DNA of 64,000 nucleotides from Octopus sinensis (taxonomy: Eukaryota): the NCBI RefSeq assembly GCF_006345805.1, contig NC_043015.1:20646001-20710000 (forward strand). The letters are read 5' to 3'. A program made the position numbers and the translations under genes. The notes beneath the pieces were generated by a model. It was not told where the DNA came from, did no database searches, and saw only the letters and a list, made by a program, of their open reading frames with translations. Below, in pieces: positions 23,513 through 37,333 of this stretch; position 1 is the stretch's first letter, and each line of letters begins with the position of its first letter.

Positions 23513-26289
23513 ATACTTCTTCCAATTTTTCAGACCATCATCTTAACAAACCTCGTTTGCCCCCTTTTTTGTTTTCTAAATCTCATCTCCATGATTTCCC
23601 TATTTTTGTGTATTATTTCGTTTCCTCATTTGAAAACCGGTGTCAGTATATTTTTCCGTTCGTCCCCACCCAACTCAACCAAGTGGTTCGGCAAAACGTG
23701 TTCTATCAAAAAATACCAGTCCCAATAATGAGTACCAGATCGATTTCTTCCAATAATCATTTCATAACAATGCTCTAGCATGGCCGTAGTCCAACAAACA
23801 AAAGAAAAAAAAAGACAAAATCTTATATAAATATTTCTTTTCTCCTTTCTTCCAACGTCTATATCGAACCTTTCACTCCAAAACCCATTTATCATGTTTT
23901 CCCTCTGCTCTTAGTCTTTCTTGATATTTTCTTCGACGTTATCGTTTGCTTTCACATCACCTCTGTACTCCTAATGCTCATCCGTTAATCTCTCTCCATT
24001 TAACAACCTTCTTACTACCTCCTCCCTATTATACCCCCACCCCACTCACACACTTTCGTATCTGTTTCTTTAACACAGCAGGAATCTTAGATTTTCAATT
24101 TTATGTTACTTCGTTATTGTATTTATGTTATTTCCTTTTAATATATCTTATTTTTGCTCTTTAATTCTTTACACATCGTTATTTCCCATTACATCTCCCC
24201 GTCTACTATCTATTCTCTTCTCCCAGTGTGTGGTGATTCACATCCGTAATACTTGAGCCCGCTGGCAATGAGATTTACAGACCCTGTTGTGTTTTTGTAA
24301 TTATATCGAAACCACATACAATGATAAAAAAAATAGAAAAACAAACAGAGAAACCAATATATAACTAAATAATTATAGTGACAGAAGTACGAACACTATT
24401 GATGATGGTGATGTTGATATTAATTATTATAAAGAAAATTATTAAACCGTTATGCAAATACTAATAATGAGTTCCTTTATTGGTCACAAGGGCCCAAGAC
24501 GTTGGAGGTGGATCAAAGACGAAACACAAATGAAAACAACAAACAATAAACAGTTGGTGATCTACGTCAAGTACAAAGATGTTATTAACAAAACAATAAA
24601 GACACATTAATTAATAATCAACAATGATACTATACATTAATAAATAATTAGGAATAGCGCTATAGAGCGATTTGATAAGAACACGAAATTATCTCTCAGA
24701 TGTGCCTGGATAAACACATAGGTTGATCCGCGTGAAATTCTATACAAACGTTATTTCTTGTTGCAAAAATATAATGGCTTTGATGGTGGGACTCACTGAG
24801 CTGTGCTAATGGTACGAGTCTCTTCCACCTTCCATAAAATTTATTTCAAATCAGCACCTTATTCGTCACGTAGTATATGAAGATGATAATGAGAGCTTTC
24901 CCAGGCAGGAAGAATACTGTCATTACACAACCATTCATTATCGTGTGCAAAACTACCTTCGCTTGGTACGAGATGTTTTGGCATAGCCGTTTTGGCGCCG
25001 CCTAATTGGTGCCACTGATTCCAAGCTGACTTATTTGACATTAGACGTTTTAATGTTTCGTTAGTTCTCTCACTCACTTCCTCATTTCTTCTGTGTGTAT
25101 GTATGTGTGAGTATTTGTGTGTGTTTATCTGCTTTTCTATGTGTATGTATATGCGCAGAAGGAAAGTGTCTATATTAACCTTTTTCAATAAATATAGCGT
25201 AACGTCTCTCCCACGTCTCTCTCTCTTTCTCTCTTTCTTTATTTCTCTGTCTGTCTGTCTCTCTCTCTATTTTAATACCTACAATCCTATGCATGCACGT
25301 TTATGTGTGCCTTCAGCTCAAATATATAATTTTGATAAAACACTCCTTGTCCAGTCAGTCGTTCAAACAACCATCTCATTCCCTCTTCCCCGACAAATGC
25401 ATGTATCGGACAAATTCAGTGACTGGTGATGCTCATAAAATCTATGCAAAGCCCCCTGTTACGTTGGATGCCTAACGTAAATTACCCATACTCCTATACT
25501 TGAATTCCCTCTTTAAAATATTACTGAGACTGTTCATTTTCTAGTTGAGAATCTCATCGAGTCCAACATTACAGCTACGACTCACTCACCCGCTACAAAA
25601 TTCTCTTAAACAATTACAAATGGCGAGTGGATAGTATTTTCCAGTAAATGTTATTTCTACCAATCACCTGACCAGATGACAGAGTGTGGTTAGCCGCTGG
25701 CTATATTCTAGATTACGAGTTTTGTATTTATCAGATGGGAATTGCCACCAACTGGGTGAATAGAAAAGGTAGCGAGAAAGAATAAGAAGAATGAGAGCAA
25801 AGAGAAAATATAAGAATTGTGAGTTGGAAGTAAAAGGTTCAATATAGGTGAGAGCGAATGCAGAGGAGGCGAATCAACGAAGTGGGAAAGTTAAAGCGAA
25901 AACAAAAATATGAAGATAAAATTGAATATATTCACATTGTGATGGAGAAATAGGGTGGAAGGATATAAGGTGGGGAGGTGTGGAAGGAGAGGATTAACAA
26001 GAAGGTTTTTATGGGGTAGGGGAGATAATCGATATGGAGATGTTATGTGGGAAATAGGACGGAAGATAATATCGGAAAAGAAGAGATGTATATTGATGTA
26101 CCTTTGATCCAGAACTTCATCTTAAAGAGATGAGCTGCGGTGACCATGCAGTATCCCACCGGATAGCAACATTCCTGCGGCAACTACTCGACGGGTATCT
26201 TTGGCAAGAGCCATACCTCCAATTTGAGGGAAGTTACTGTAGTATATTGATCTGTTCGTTTCTCAGTAGCACAGCAATTGCCCGCGGAG

Positions 26290-27658
26290 ACCGAATGGAA
26301 GACCCGGATGATGATGGGTACAAGTACCTTGGGATCCTGGAACTGGACAATATTTTGGACAGATAAATGAAAGACACGTTCACTGCTTCATATTTGAAGT
26401 GCGTCAAACTTCTCTTGCAGTCAAAACTCAACGCAAGGAACCTTGTAACCGTCAGCAATGTATGAACTGTTGCTGTAGACCGCTATAATGCACCCATTCT
26501 GAAATGGACACGAGCGATGATTGACAATCTCGATTGTATCGCCTGAAATACGATGACAATACGTGGTATCCTCTACTCTAAGGCGAACGTAGACAGGCTG
26601 TACGTGAAAAGGGGTAAAGGTGGAGGTGGCCTGATCGGCGTACAGGAGTACATCGACAGTGAAAGAAGACATATGACAGAGTATTCGGTAAACAGCGAAC
26701 AAAACTTCATACCGTATGCTGCTTAATGTAAAAGGATTTACCTGGAGTTTAGAGTGCTAATGAATTCCTGTCACAAATGCCCAGCGGGGGAGAAGAAATA
26801 CCACTCCGCAGGGAATTACGTGGTCAGTTTCACCGTGAAACTAATAACTTAAAAGATCAGGAATCATCATAGAGGTGACTTAGCTAGGGTGACCTTAAAA
26901 AGAAGATTGAACGTCTAATTATCGCTGCCCAGCACCATGCATTGAATACCAACTCAGTGACAAGGGATACATACCACACAAAGGCAATGAACCTCTGCAG
27001 AATGTGTGGAAAGAAATTCGAAAGCGTGACTTATTGTTAGTGCTTGTAAAAGACTTACGCAGAATGAGTAGAAGCGCAGGCACGGCGAAGTAGGATTCGA
27101 GTTAACGGGTGCTTGGTACCATCATTCATTCGAAAAAGGTAGTGGACGAAAAAGAGAAGGCAAAGATCCTCTGGGTCTTTGACTTCCAGACAGAGAAGAT
27201 ATTAGAGCACTGAAGGTCTTTAGTGGGGACAAGTAAGAGTGCCTAATAATAGACGTAGCAATACCAGGAGATCAACATATTGTCATGAAAAAAATAAAAA
27301 AGAGAAAAGATCGACAAATATGGAAGCCTGAAAACTGAGATCACCAAGATGTTGCAGCTCCGAAAGACAGACATAAAGGTTGTTCCTGTTGTCATCTGAG
27401 CAATGGGCTCAATGCCGCCCAACCTGAAGAAATAACTTGGTCGTTTAGAAATACTCCATGATCTTGGTGTGTTACAAAGATTAGCTTTACTTGGAACTGC
27501 ACGCATATTGCGTAAAGTACTGTCTGTCTGAGGTCCTTGTTGTGCTTTACAGACAGCACATATACTTGGTAGGTACAATATCTTCAATCTACAACATCCC
27601 GATACTGAATACTGTGCGACGTCTTTAACAAGAATAAGACCAAGAAGAAGAAGAAGAA
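26290..27658 (+). mobile_element. R4-like RLE LINE fossil with (GAA)n tail
   Basis: YKYLGILE (from 26319); KANVDRLYVKRGKGGGGL; IIAAQHHALNTN; LCRMCGKKFES; IIDVAIPGD; LLGTARILRKVLSV* (stop 27529-27531); many stops and frameshifts. Confidence 0.9.
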
Positions 27659-27721
27659 CAGCAATAATAATAATAATATACATAAACCTCGCATAGACCT
27701 CAAATTTGGAGGAATGGGTTA

Positions 27722-28768
27722 AATCTACATAAACGACCTTTCCAGCGTCGTAAAACACTGCAAAGTGAAAATAATTGTTGATGACACTAAGCTCCTGCAA
27801 ATCATCAATGAAGAAGGAGGCCGAACTCAACTCCAGTCTGATCTATATGCTGTGAGTCAATGGACAGACAAAAACAAAATGCAACTAAGCGAGGGAAAAT
27901 TTAAGCTGGTGCATTTTGGAAGAAAGACTATACTAAAACAGCCACAATCTCCTCCTTCAGGGGAACCTGAAGGTTCCCTTGAAGCATTTAATAATATCAG
28001 AGACCTAGGTGTAATTGTTGATAACAATCTCAGTTGGAGTACCCACATCAACAATAAGGTCGATGTATCTCGTAGGATGAGTTCCTGGATCTTAAGAACC
28101 TTCCGGTACAGATAACAAGATGTCATCATTCCACTTTTCTCCTCCTTTGCACGTCCACACCTCGAATACTGCTGCCTCATGTGGTCTCCCCATACAAAAC
28201 AAAACATTTCGAAAACTGAATCACTCCAGAGGGCACTCACTGAATGAATTAAGGTCATGACTGATCTCGATTACTGGGACTGCCTTAAAGCCTTGAAACT
28301 CTACTCTCTCCAGCGCCGCCGCGAGCGGTACATCATTTGCAGGATGTGGAGAATATACCGCCAGCATTGCCCAAACGACCTCAGCTTCAAAGTTCATCCA
28401 ATGCTAGGACCACGAGCCATACGTCCCCTCACCAATTCAGGACCATAACACATAAATACACTGCAACACAATTTCATTTCCTCAACAGGGCCTGCCCTGT
28501 TTAACATTGTCCCAAAACTAATCAAAGAGGAAAAGGATCCCATCACCTTTAAACGGAGTCTGGACAAATTTCTTCAAGGAATACCAGTAACCCACCCATA
28601 CCTGGATACAACGAACTCAACAAGAACTCACTACTTGAATGGGCCATGATACCACAAAACTTAACTTTAAAAGGGTTTAGATAATCCTATCAGGTGGTGC
28701 TATTAAGTTAGACATGGCCGGGACCAATCTTTGGTCGAAACATATCTAAGTTTATTATCTAAGTTTAT
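27722..28768 (+). mobile_element. CR1-clade LINE 3' fragment
   Basis: IYINDL...IIVDDTKL...LQSDL...RDLGVIVDNNLSWSTHI...RPHLEYCCLMWSP...LKLYSLQRRRER...FKRSLDKFL; 3' stem-loop GACCA/TGGTC and tandem ATCTAAGTTT tail. Confidence 0.92.
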
Positions 28769-28789
28769 CAAATAGATTACATTTCAATG

Positions 28790-28930
28790 ACAGCTACTTT
28801 CTTTCATCGATCCCTGAAGGATGAAAGACAGTTGACTTGAGTGGTGATTGAACTTAGAAAGTAACGAACCGTAACTAAATACAGTAAGACATTTTGTCAG
28901 ACACGCGAACGATTTTATCAGCAAGAATCA
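28790..28930 (-). mobile_element. SINE family A relic
   Basis: TCGATCCCTGAAGGATGAAAGACAGTTGAC...TTGAACTTAGAA. Confidence 0.6.
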
Positions 28931-29914
28931 TAACTACAAGCAGGACTCGGGAATATTTCACGGAATTAATGGTAAACCTACTGCGTTATTTATGTAAACT
29001 TTATCCAAAAACCTGAAAGCGTATCCTGTGTTGTGTCTGTGTGGAAAGATGGTCGCTCGTCTGCTAATCATCGGAGAGTGAAAGAAATTGGAATACGATG
29101 GTTATTTAATGCACTTTATTTATACACTTCATATACTTTATGAACAATTTTATAGACTTAATACAAAGCTCTCACAAAATAAATATTCACTCTTATTTTA
29201 ACATTTCCCCCGTAAACTGAAAAAAGAAAATATCCCGTTCATATGATACAACGTTTAGTTACATTGCATATATCTGCGGCGTAAATAAGCGTGAATATTT
29301 CAAAATATTACATGCGTTGAGTGATCGGTGATATAAAAATACTTAGTTCAATAAAAAATACATTTTTCACTATCCAATCACCACCACCAACAACTACAAC
29401 TCAACCACTACCTCCATCATTACCACCACCACCAACATCACTTCCCTCCCCCTCTCTCTCTCCTCTTCTCTCTCTCCTCTTCTACCTTCGACTAACTTTT
29501 TTTAACCACCTCATAAATATTATGTGCTCCCTACCTCACGTTATGGACGCTTCTCCCTCTTTTTCTTTCTCCCTCTTTCTGTGTCAGTCTTCGCCTTATC
29601 CTCTTTTTCTCTCTCTCTCCTTTTTATTTCTTCTCTCTTTCCCTTCCACTAATCACGTGAAAGCGTTACAATTACATTCCCTCTACCGCACGTCATGGAC
29701 GCTTCTCACTCCCTCTTTTTCTCTCTACTTCTTTTCTTTCCCCCCTCTTTTTCTTTAGTCATGTGGAAAGTGTTATCGACGGGCTAAGTAACGCAATGAC
29801 AAGCTGAATTATTATAACTCAAGCTGGCCCCGTGCCGTAAAAAATGACGGCTAATTGTTGTATTTTATATATAAAAAATGTACAAAATAAGGTACATAAT
29901 AATCAGAGATACAA

Positions 29915-30270
29915 ACATTCACATACCTCCCTTTGTGCACGCACACACATACACACATATACTCAAACAGCTTTGAAACGCTGTTTGATTTTTCCTTTCA
30001 GCGTTAAATTTTCACCATCCCACTTCCATTGCACCCCCACACATACACACACGCAAATATTCACATGCCTCCCTTTTAGATACATACACATATACTCATA
30101 CAGAGTTGAAACGCTGTTTGATTTTTCTTTTCAGCGTTCAATGTTCCTCAGCCCATTTCCATTGCACACACACACACACACACACAAACAATCATTCACA
30201 TAATACCTCCCTTTTACATATACACACATATACTCACACAGAGTTGAAATGCTGTTTGATTTTTTTTCAC
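29915..30270 (+). repeat. Diverged ~135-bp minisatellite (about 2.7 units)
   Basis: Anchor GAAA(C/T)GCTGTTTGATTTTT at 29975, 30108 and 30246. Confidence 0.85.
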
Positions 30271-30404
30271 CATAGAAATTCCATCATCCCACTACCAAGT
30301 TTGCCATCACCCCTTCCTTCCTTATACATCTATCATCCCTTCCTTTCTCATTCATATGCTGTGACGGAGAAAAACACAAGAGTATTTTTATAGCAGGTAA
30401 TTAT

Positions 30405-31022
30405 AGATTTTGGTACAATGCAAGCAAATGTGTAGTGGAGAAGGCTGGTCGATTACATCGATCCCAGGGCTTAACTGGCGTTTATTTAATTGATCTCGGA
30501 AGGACGAAAGACAAAGTCAACCTTGGCGGAATTTGAACTCAGCATGTAAAAGCCGTAAGAATAATGCTAAGCATTTTGTTCGTCGCGCTAACCATCCTAC
30601 AAGCTCGTCGCCTTAACAACAACTATAATAATGGTTTCAAATTTTGGCACAAGGCCAGTAATTTCCGGGGGAGGGACTAAGTTGATTACATCGACTTCTT
30701 TTATCGATCACGAAATGATGAATAGCAACCTCGGCGGAATTTGAACTCAGGGACGTAAAGACAGACGAAATACGACAAAGCATTCTTGTCCGGCGTGCTA
30801 ACGATTCGGCTAACTCGTTACCCTCCTTGTAGGCACAAGTCCTGATGTTTTGGAAGAGGGATTAGTCGGTTACATCGACCCCAGTACTTGACTGGTATTT
30901 AGTTTTTAGACCCTCAAAGAATGAACGGCAAAATCGACCTCGGTGGAATTTGAACTCAATGTAAACGAAATACAGCTAAGCATTTCCGCAACGTACCAAC
31001 AATTCTGCCAGCTTGCCGCTTC
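30405..31022 (-). mobile_element. Three head-to-tail SINE family A copies
   Basis: About 30405-30615, 30630-30820 and 30825-31022, each with a GAATTTGAACTCA B-box complement. Confidence 0.85.
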
Positions 31023-32110
31023 AACAACAACAACGACGACGATAGTAATAATAGTAACAATGATGATGATGATGATGATGAGTATGACGAACATGATGGT
31101 AATGATGATGAAATAGTCGAGAATAAACAAAAATTAAAATACGGAAAAGGAAACAAAGGCCCTCAGCTTCTTGCTAAACAATAAAAATAAATAAACAATT
31201 GAAAAGAAGAAGGACGTAAACAAACACGCAACCAAACAACCAAACAAACGAACAAAGAAATGCAGAGTGTTTTCTAGTTTTCTTTCCATTTTTCCGTATT
31301 CAATTCTCGGAACTTGTCTAATTAGTATCTCAGTGATATCTTTACAAATTTCTGCGGAAATTCATTGATATTTGGTACGAGATTTTGTAATCTTTCCTGT
31401 TCTTCCGTTCCTACATCCCCAAAGCCTAGTCAATAGTTATTATTATAATTAATACACCGGAAACAAAATATATCCTATTCACCGCTTCTTTCTCTTCTCA
31501 ACTGTAAACCAACAAACCTTTAAATCAATTATCAGTTGGTGGCCTCCTCTCTTACCAACAGGCGATTTATTTTTATTTTTACAGTTTTTTTCCTTATTTT
31601 CTTCTTGCTTTCTCTCGGTTGCTCTCACGTTCTTTGATACTTTATTTTCTCTTTTTCGTCATCTGTCGTTTACTTTCTCATCTATGTGTCTCTTTATCTA
31701 TCTCCTTCTCTCTCTCTCACTTTCTCTCTCTCTCTCTCACTTTCTCTCTCTCTCTCTCTCTATCCAAATCTCTGTCCTCTCAAAATCTCGTGCTACCATA
31801 TGTTGTTTATCATCTAAGAAAGAGATACAAGGAATTTTTCCAGCGCCTTTTGTTGACGATAAATTATTCAGCTACAATTATATTTATTTCACAGTATTTT
31901 AAAATTGTAACGACGGTTCACCGCGAAAAATACAGAGAAAGAAAATACAGCCACTCATCATTTTCAGATTTGTACGACTCACTGGCTGTTGTTTCAGCAA
32001 CAATAATAGCCACCGTATCCTAGAAAGTCCTTCAACAGGACTTCTGATTACAAGCATAACTAGAATATATATACAACTATCTATACTACAATCAGGTTCG
32101 AAATTTCCCC

Positions 32111-32158
32111 AACACACCTGGTGAAGGCTGGAGGGTATATCAGCCGAAACGTTGTGCT
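32111..32158 (+). ncRNA. Minimal type I hammerhead-ribozyme motif, one core mismatch (PLE-type terminal repeat)
   Basis: CAC-CTGGTGA-A-GGCTG-GAGGGTATAT-CAGCC-GAAAC-GTT-GTG: 5-bp stem II, palindromic ACGT stem III, 3-bp stem I; core is CUGGUGA rather than CUGANGA. Confidence 0.65.
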
Positions 32159-33344
32159 AACAATAAACAAGATGAGAACAAATATCCGTTAAATGTAAAT
32201 AATGTAAATAATGTACATAATTCCTCATCTCTTAAGTATAGAATTGTATTATCAGAATACAGACGTTGTAGTCTTTATCAAGCGCTTTCATATGAATGTT
32301 GGAGACCTACGAAGTGAAGAACACTGCGAAGGCACTTCAAAGGCACTAATAATACCAGAGCTGCAATGTTAAACTATCGAAGTGTTTCTCTCTCATTCTT
32401 TTACCTATGAACACTCCTAGCTATTCGATGGCTTAAAAAAATCATATTATAGCTTTATAATTAAATCGTTTTGAGAATTGTATTAAAAAATTGTTAAAAT
32501 ATCTTGAGTATTGTAAATGTACATCCAATTCATTATCGATAAATTTTCGCTACAAGATTTTATATGGACCCCGGTTGAGAATCACTGCTCTGTTGTATGT
32601 CGTAGGAAGACTGTTGAATATATTAACATTAAAAGATCAATGCCATGGAAATAATAGAATACTAGAGCAAAGATGTCACTGATACTGTCAAATCCTGGAG
32701 GAGGACATTCGAATAGATTTATTATTTTAGAGTCATCTTGACATTAATTATAAGCTTGAGGCTATAGATTCTATGATGTCCATCAAAGAACTGTTGAAAT
32801 ATTGGAATTACAGAAATATCTAGATGCCTACCAGAATATGGTGCTTATAATATTAAGCTAATCCATGCAGTAGGAGTTTGAGTGCCATAGCTATTAAAAG
32901 AGCCATCTACACGTCTACAAATACACTGTATTCATAGTTTCTGTCACGCGACACAAAGTATGTGTTGAGAGATTACGTATTAAAATCCATCGATTCATTC
33001 AAGAAAATAGCCAGGTAGAAATTAAAACAGAGAGTGTAATAGGATTTCTTTTTGCGAGGCTCCAGTATTGAAAGTAGACACGGATTAAAAAGAAGTTGTC
33101 TGAGGCAGTGGAGCATTCTTATGCCTAGTAAATGCAATGAGAATCTAGACTGATTAATGAGTGCTAAAAGACTTGAAGGATACAACCCATACATAGACAT
33201 ATACGTCTTTTGCATTTGTGCACATGTCATGTTTGTTTATTGTATTTCAAGATGGAGGAAAGCATTCATTGATGCAGACATCACAGCATTACAAGACAAA
33301 GAAAAAAACACCACGCATTTTACTTAGATAACGAAGCAGACAAC

Positions 33345-33704
33345 ACATACCTACCTACCTACCTACCTACATACATACATACATACATACATACATACCT
33401 ACCTACCTACCTATCTACCTATCTACCTACCTACCTACCTACCTACCTACCTACCTATATACATACCTACCTACCTACCTACCTACCTACCAACCTGCCT
33501 ACCTACCTACCTACCTACCTACATACCTACCTACCTACCTACCTACCTACCTACCTACCTACCTACATACATACATACATATATATATATATATACATAC
33601 ACTCGTTCGTACGTACATAGATATGTATGCACGAACACACGTTTTCCAGTATTTGGTTTTCTTCCGCTATATGTACACATATATGGATGCATACATATAT
33701 ACGC

Positions 33705-33785
<81 letters not shown>

Positions 33786-33898
33786 CCTATTTATCTATCC
33801 ATCTAGCTATCTATCCATCCATCCATCCATCCATCTGCACAAACACTTCTACAATCTGTTACTGTATGCGCATCTCTCTCTCTGTCTCTCACTCTCTG

Positions 33899-33959
<61 letters not shown>

Positions 33960-33960
33960 C
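33345..33960. repeat. (CCTA)n/(CATA)n/(TCTA)n/(TCCA)n/(TA)n compound microsatellites
   Basis: Directly visible. Confidence 0.95.
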
Positions 33961-34721
33961 ACACACCTATATTTACATATGCATACGTTATTGTGTATGT
34001 ATACATATATATATATGTGTGTGTGTTTGTGTATTGACAGGGCAAGACTGCTTCTATACTCATACACATATGATGAAATAAACATACAGCAGACATATTC
34101 AACAAAATGGAAAGAAAAAATGTAAAAGGAATATACGAACACATAACAAAAACCTATCTTTTTCTTTTCTAAGAAACACACGAGTCTGTGTATACGTGTG
34201 AAATGTTTGAGTGCGTTCGTGCCCCTGTGTCTATGAATTAAAATTCTCTTCATTTTTATCACATATCTACCTTCGTCATATTGACAAATGTCGGCTTATG
34301 CAAATCAGCAATTGTAACTGAACTTGTATGCAAAGATACAGAGATATACAGTATCTTCTCTAAGTAGATCTCTCTCTCTCCCAAACTCTCACTTTTCTTT
34401 ATCTATTGTGTATATATATATTTCTTGTTCTTTATTTATTCAACGCAGTTAGTTTTTCAGCGTTCTTATATTATGTGCTATATATAAAAATATGTGTGTG
34501 TTCTTACGTTGAATTATTATCGCTAAAGCAGTCATTTGGTTTTACTGTTGTATAGCCGTTACTTTGGGCAATGATCAAGCATATGATTAAAACCAACCGG
34601 CATTCTTCTCTTTCTATTCATGTATTTAAGTTACTATGTTTATAAAAACATACATCTATATATACATACATACGTACATATATACATACATACATACATA
34701 CATACATATATGATATATATA

Positions 34722-34767
<46 letters not shown>

Positions 34768-35377
34768 GTATCTATATGTGTGTATAAATGATAATGTTTA
34801 TATATATATGGATATGAATATATATATATATACATGTATATGTATATATACATTTATGCCTATATGCAATATATATGTCATTTGTACCTATACACACAAC
34901 CATGCTTAAGCTGGGTCCCCAGAATAGTAGGAATCTACAACAATGATATTAAGTCAAGAACATGTCTGTTGGGTTCTAAAAGTACTATTCAATAATACAC
35001 ATACACACACACAAACACACGTGCTCACGCGCGTGCGTACACACATGCTCACGCGCTAGGGCACACGAACACACACGAAGATGTTTTTTTTTTTTTTGCT
35101 TAAATATTAATTTTATATGAAAAATCAGGGCTGGCCTTTCTAAAAAATTGAAATCACTTACACACTTCAATAACACAGTGCACCGGCTCACATATGGCGT
35201 ATATAAGATTATATCGCCCCATAATTTCACAAACCACTTCAATAAGTATATATAAAAAACGAACAGACTGACAGACACATGATTAATCGATTGCAATGTT
35301 GCAGCGATAGTTGGGGGCGTTTATATCATAACTCCAGTGTACGATGCGTTAACTTTAGTAGAATAAAGTATTAAAGT

Positions 35378-35420
<43 letters not shown>

Positions 35421-36497
35421 ACACATTTTCCGTCTCTGTATACGTGTACGTGCACTTGTACATGTATACATATATCCATTCTTATATACGTGCCTTAAAG
35501 CAATAAAACTCTATTCTCTCCAGCTCGAAGTAAGGTGAATAAAATCAAAACAAGCAACAGGATATTAATTAGTAATGCAGTACGACCGTTTCAAGCAACA
35601 CCATTTAATTGAACAATGCAAACATTACATCAATGTAAATGTAGTGCTATCTTCAGCTGCACAAAATATAGAATTTTTAGCAAGTAGGACACATTAATAT
35701 AATTTTTCTTAAATATTTTAATAGAGTAAGAAGATGGAAAAGATTCATGTTGTCGCTATTGTAGCACAGTGGCTAAGAAAAGACTACAATTTCTTAGAAT
35801 CGCATCGAGCTTGGTGGGGGTGATAGGAGTATACAGATAATCGATATGTGTGTGAGATTTCCTCTATGAAAATTTATGAGATTTTTAAGTATAGAGACAA
35901 GAACAACCTGATTCATAATAGATTAGCCCTAAGGATACCATGCATGCATAGCATCACCCGCACATTTAAGCATTTTCGAAACTAATAATTATAGTTATCA
36001 TACTTGAACTTTGATGGTGGGAATTAATTTTGGTGTCGTATCCGTTATAGACTTACCCTCCAGTATAAAATATAAAAATGATGGGGTATTATGTTATATT
36101 TATATTACATTACATGTGTTATATACTATATGATGTGTTATATGGTGTGTGCTATATATAATATCCCATGATAACTCCTGCCTAGTTAGTCTGACTTCAT
36201 CCTAATTTGATGATTACATTATTTTCTTTTCTATGATTTTCTACCCTACTAGTCATGTTATTTATATCTGTAGTGACTTTATAAAAGTAAGTCTCCTTTT
36301 GACTAAATCTTATACCCTCTAGAAACTATAAAATCTACATACAATAACACCTGTAACATTACAACTTATAAAACCTCTTCGGTCTGAATAGCTTTAAATG
36401 CCATCCTTGCTTCCATACTTATTACTCCCTCTTTTCAGGTTACCTTTATCTTTACCCTACCTCTAATTTTAATCCCCTGTCTCTTTATATGTAGGTT

Positions 36498-36892
36498 TAC
36501 TCTTTTACTCTTTTACTTGTTTCAGTCATTTGACTGTGGCCATGCTGGAGCACCGCCTTTTAGTCGAGCAAATCGACCCCGGGACTTATTCTTTGTAAGC
36601 CCAGTACTTATTCTATCGGTCTCTTTTGCCGAACCGCTAAGTGACGGGGACGTAAAAACACCAGCATCGGTTGTCAAGCAATGCTAGGGGGACAAACACA
36701 GACACACAAACACACACATACATATATATATATATACGACAGGCTTCTTTCAGTTTCCGTCTACCAAATCCACTCACAAGGCATTGGTCGGCCCGGGGCT
36801 ATAGCAGAAGACACTTGCCCAAGATGCCACGCAGTGGGACTGAACCCGGAACCATGTGGTTGGTTAGCAAGCTACTTACCACACAGCCACTC
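36498..36892 (-). mobile_element. SINE family B, near full-length and little diverged
   Basis: Minus strand: GTGGCTGTGTGGTAAG (A-box), GGTTCAGTCCC (B-box), CATCTTGGGCAAGTG CORE-like segment, (AAAAGAGT)n tail. Confidence 0.92.
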
Positions 36893-37084
36893 ATATATAT
36901 TTCGTTTTGTTTTCTATAAATTCTTATTATTTTGTTTTCTTATTTTGATATCCTTACTTATTAAACACTTATCCCTTATAAACTGTTATTTTTGTTGTTC
37001 TGAAATTGATATTTTTCAGTTACTAAGGCCTATGCAAGATACTTATACTATATTCATAAAAGCTTATAAATATTTGTATACATC

Positions 37085-37230
37085 TGAGTTCAAATTACGC
37101 CGAAGGTGACTTTGCCTTTCATCCTTTTGGGGTCGATAAATTAAGTAGCACTTGCGTACTGGGTTCGATCTAATCGACTGGTCCCTACCCCAAACTTTCG
37201 GGCCTTGTACCTAGAGTAGAAAATAATATT
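37085..37230 (+). mobile_element. SINE family A, 5'-truncated
   Basis: CTGAGTTCAAATT...TGCCTAGAGTAGAAA-like 3' end. Confidence 0.85.
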
Positions 37231-37301
37231 TCTCCATGCGTAAACATGCATGTATGCAAAGATATATGTGTATGTGCGTGTGCATGTACATATATATATA
37301 T

Positions 37302-37333
<32 letters not shown>

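Noticed and set aside
26130-26290. Possible 5' inversion (twin priming) upstream of the R4-like LINE
   Set aside because: Neither strand gave a convincing RT motif.
28715-28745. GACCA-loop-TGGTC-GAAAC as a hammerhead
   Set aside because: No catalytic core upstream; it is consistent with the ordinary CR1 3' stem-loop.
29915-30270. CRISPR-like repeat/spacer pattern
   Set aside because: Eukaryotic context, diverged units, homologous spacers and no cas genes; it is a minisatellite.
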